From Pirellulales bacterium (GTDB taxonomy: Bacteria; Planctomycetota; Planctomycetia; Pirellulales; PALSA-1355): 64,000 nucleotides of DNA. Of this stretch, positions 62,712 through 64,000 are shown in pieces. Each line of letters opens with the position of its first letter. The first letter of the stretch is position 1. The notes under the pieces were generated by a model, which was not told where the DNA came from, did not search any database, and saw nothing but the letters and a program-made list of their open reading frames with translations. The stretch lies in assembly GCA_963733035.1 (NCBI GenBank), contig CAVTBU010000005.1:1888001-1952000 (forward strand), written 5' to 3'. A program made the position numbers and the translations under genes.

Positions 62712-64000
62712 ATGAAGCGACGGCGCTGTCCACTTCTGCTCGGGCTGGCAATGATCCTGGTCGCTGGGCCGGTACCGCCAGCCTCGTCGGCGGTGGAGGA
62801 GGCTGTTGCGCTGGCCAAAGACGACGGATATCGCGGCCTGTGGTATGCCGTGCAAAAGACGGGCGACGCTTACGCCTACAAGTATTCCGGCGGCATGCCG
62901 ACCTATCCGCAGCAACATCTGCCGATTGCCGTCTACGCTCCTGCGGTCAACAAGACGTTTTTCGTCTATGGCGGCTCGCCAAGCGAGCGGAGAACGTGCC
63001 TGCACATGGTGTCCTACTTCGACCATGCCACGGGAATGGTTCCTCGACCACGCATTTTGCTCGACAAGCACACCGACGATGCCCACGATAATCCCACGCT
63101 GACGATCGATCGCGACGGGCACCTGTGGATTTTTTCGAATTCGCACGGCACGTCGCGCCCGTCGTTCATTCATCGCAGCGCCGAGCCCTACTCGATCGAG
63201 AAGTTCGAGCGCGTGGCCACGACAAACTTCTCCTACGGCCAACCTTGGTCGATGGACGATGGTAGCCTGCTGCTGATGCACACGCGTTACGCGGCGGGGC
63301 ATCGCGAAATGTTCGTGATGACCAGCCGCGACGGTCTCACTTGGAACGAACCGCTCCCGCTATCGCGAATCGCCCAGGGGCACTATCAAGTCAGCTGGTC
63401 TGACGGCCGCCGCGTGGCCACCGCGTTCAACTACCATCCCGAAAAGGGAGGTTTGAATGCCCGCACGAATCTTTATTACATGGCCAGCGACGACCGCGGC
63501 GCGACCTGGAAGAATATCGCCGGAACGGTCCTCGAGCTTCCGCTAACGGAAGTCGCGAACGGGGCGCAGGTGCGCGACTATCAGTCAGAAGACCAGCTCG
63601 TTTACCTAAAACAACTGCAGTTCGACGCGGACGGGAATCCGCTCATCCTGTTCCTGACCAGCCGAGGTTTCGCCCCCGGCCCCGAAAATGATCCGCGCGT
63701 CTGGCACACCGCGAGATGGGATGGACAAGTGTGGGACATCCGAGACATTACGACTTCCGACCACAATTACGACTTCGGCTCGCTCTACCTGGAACCCGGC
63801 AACGTCTGGCGTTTGATTGCCCCAACCGCACCGGGTGCCCAGCCGTTCTGCACTGGAGGCGATATGGAATTGTGGACTAGTAACGACGAGGGGTGCATCT
63901 GGCACAAACAAAAGACGCTGACTCACGACCGTCGTTATAATCACTCATTCGCCCGGCAGCCGCTCGGTGCGCATCCGGAATTCTATGCCCTCTGGGGCGA
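62712..64000 (+). CDS. Exported BNR-4 repeat family protein, truncated by the window end
   Basis: Open from ATG 62712 with no stop seen, hence absent from the ORF track. Signal peptide, DGYRGLWY, KYSGG, DDAHDNPTL...GHLWIFSNSHG, Asp-boxes SRDGLTW, SDDRGATW, SNDEGCIW. Confidence 0.85.
   Translation, partial: MKRRRCPLLLGLAMILVAGPVPPASSAVEEAVALAKDDGYRGLWYAVQKTGDAYAYKYSGGMPTYPQQHLPIAVYAPAVNKTFFVYGGSPSERRTCLHMVSYFDHATGMVPRPRILLDKHTDDAHDNPTLTIDRDGHLWIFSNSHGTSRPSFIHRSAEPYSIEKFERVATTNFSYGQPWSMDDGSLLLMHTRYAAGHREMFVMTSRDGLTWNEPLPLSRIAQGHYQVSWSDGRRVATAFNYHPEKGGLNARTNLYYMASDDRGATWKNIAGTVLELPLTEVANGAQVRDYQSEDQLVYLKQLQFDADGNPLILFLTSRGFAPGPENDPRVWHTARWDGQVWDIRDITTSDHNYDFGSLYLEPGNVWRLIAPTAPGAQPFCTGGDMELWTSNDEGCIWHKQKTLTHDRRYNHSFARQPLGAHPEFYALWG

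Overview
GC-rich bacterial chromosome segment, almost certainly Planctomycetota and probably Pirellulales-like. The evidence is DUF1501, DUF1552/DUF1592, two sulfatases and 'LExLExRxLLA' planctomycete extracellular proteins. Housekeeping genes are putA, lpdA-aceE-aceF, serC, two thioredoxins and a class II photolyase. They sit among many exported hydrolases. Notable elements: (1) a RiPP-like locus with a twin-arginine 9-Cys precursor, a DUF692/MNIO enzyme and a DUF2063 partner, a sigma-54-type promoter, a perfect 14-bp hairpin after the precursor and an upstream Zn metalloprotease; (2) a RAYT (Y1/HUH) gene bracketed by two inverted REP doublets with a GGGTG foot; (3) a ceramidase-sphingomyelinase-atypical sulfatase cluster; (4) two giant dockerin-bearing surface proteins, one with a metzincin domain and one with cohesin-like and Calx-beta domains. 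Eight frameshifts in seven genes all lie next to a GCGC tetramer. This looks like motif-specific long-read consensus error, possibly from methylation, rather than true pseudogenisation. All family calls come from motif recognition by eye; no searches were run. No rRNA, tRNA or CRISPR array was recognised.
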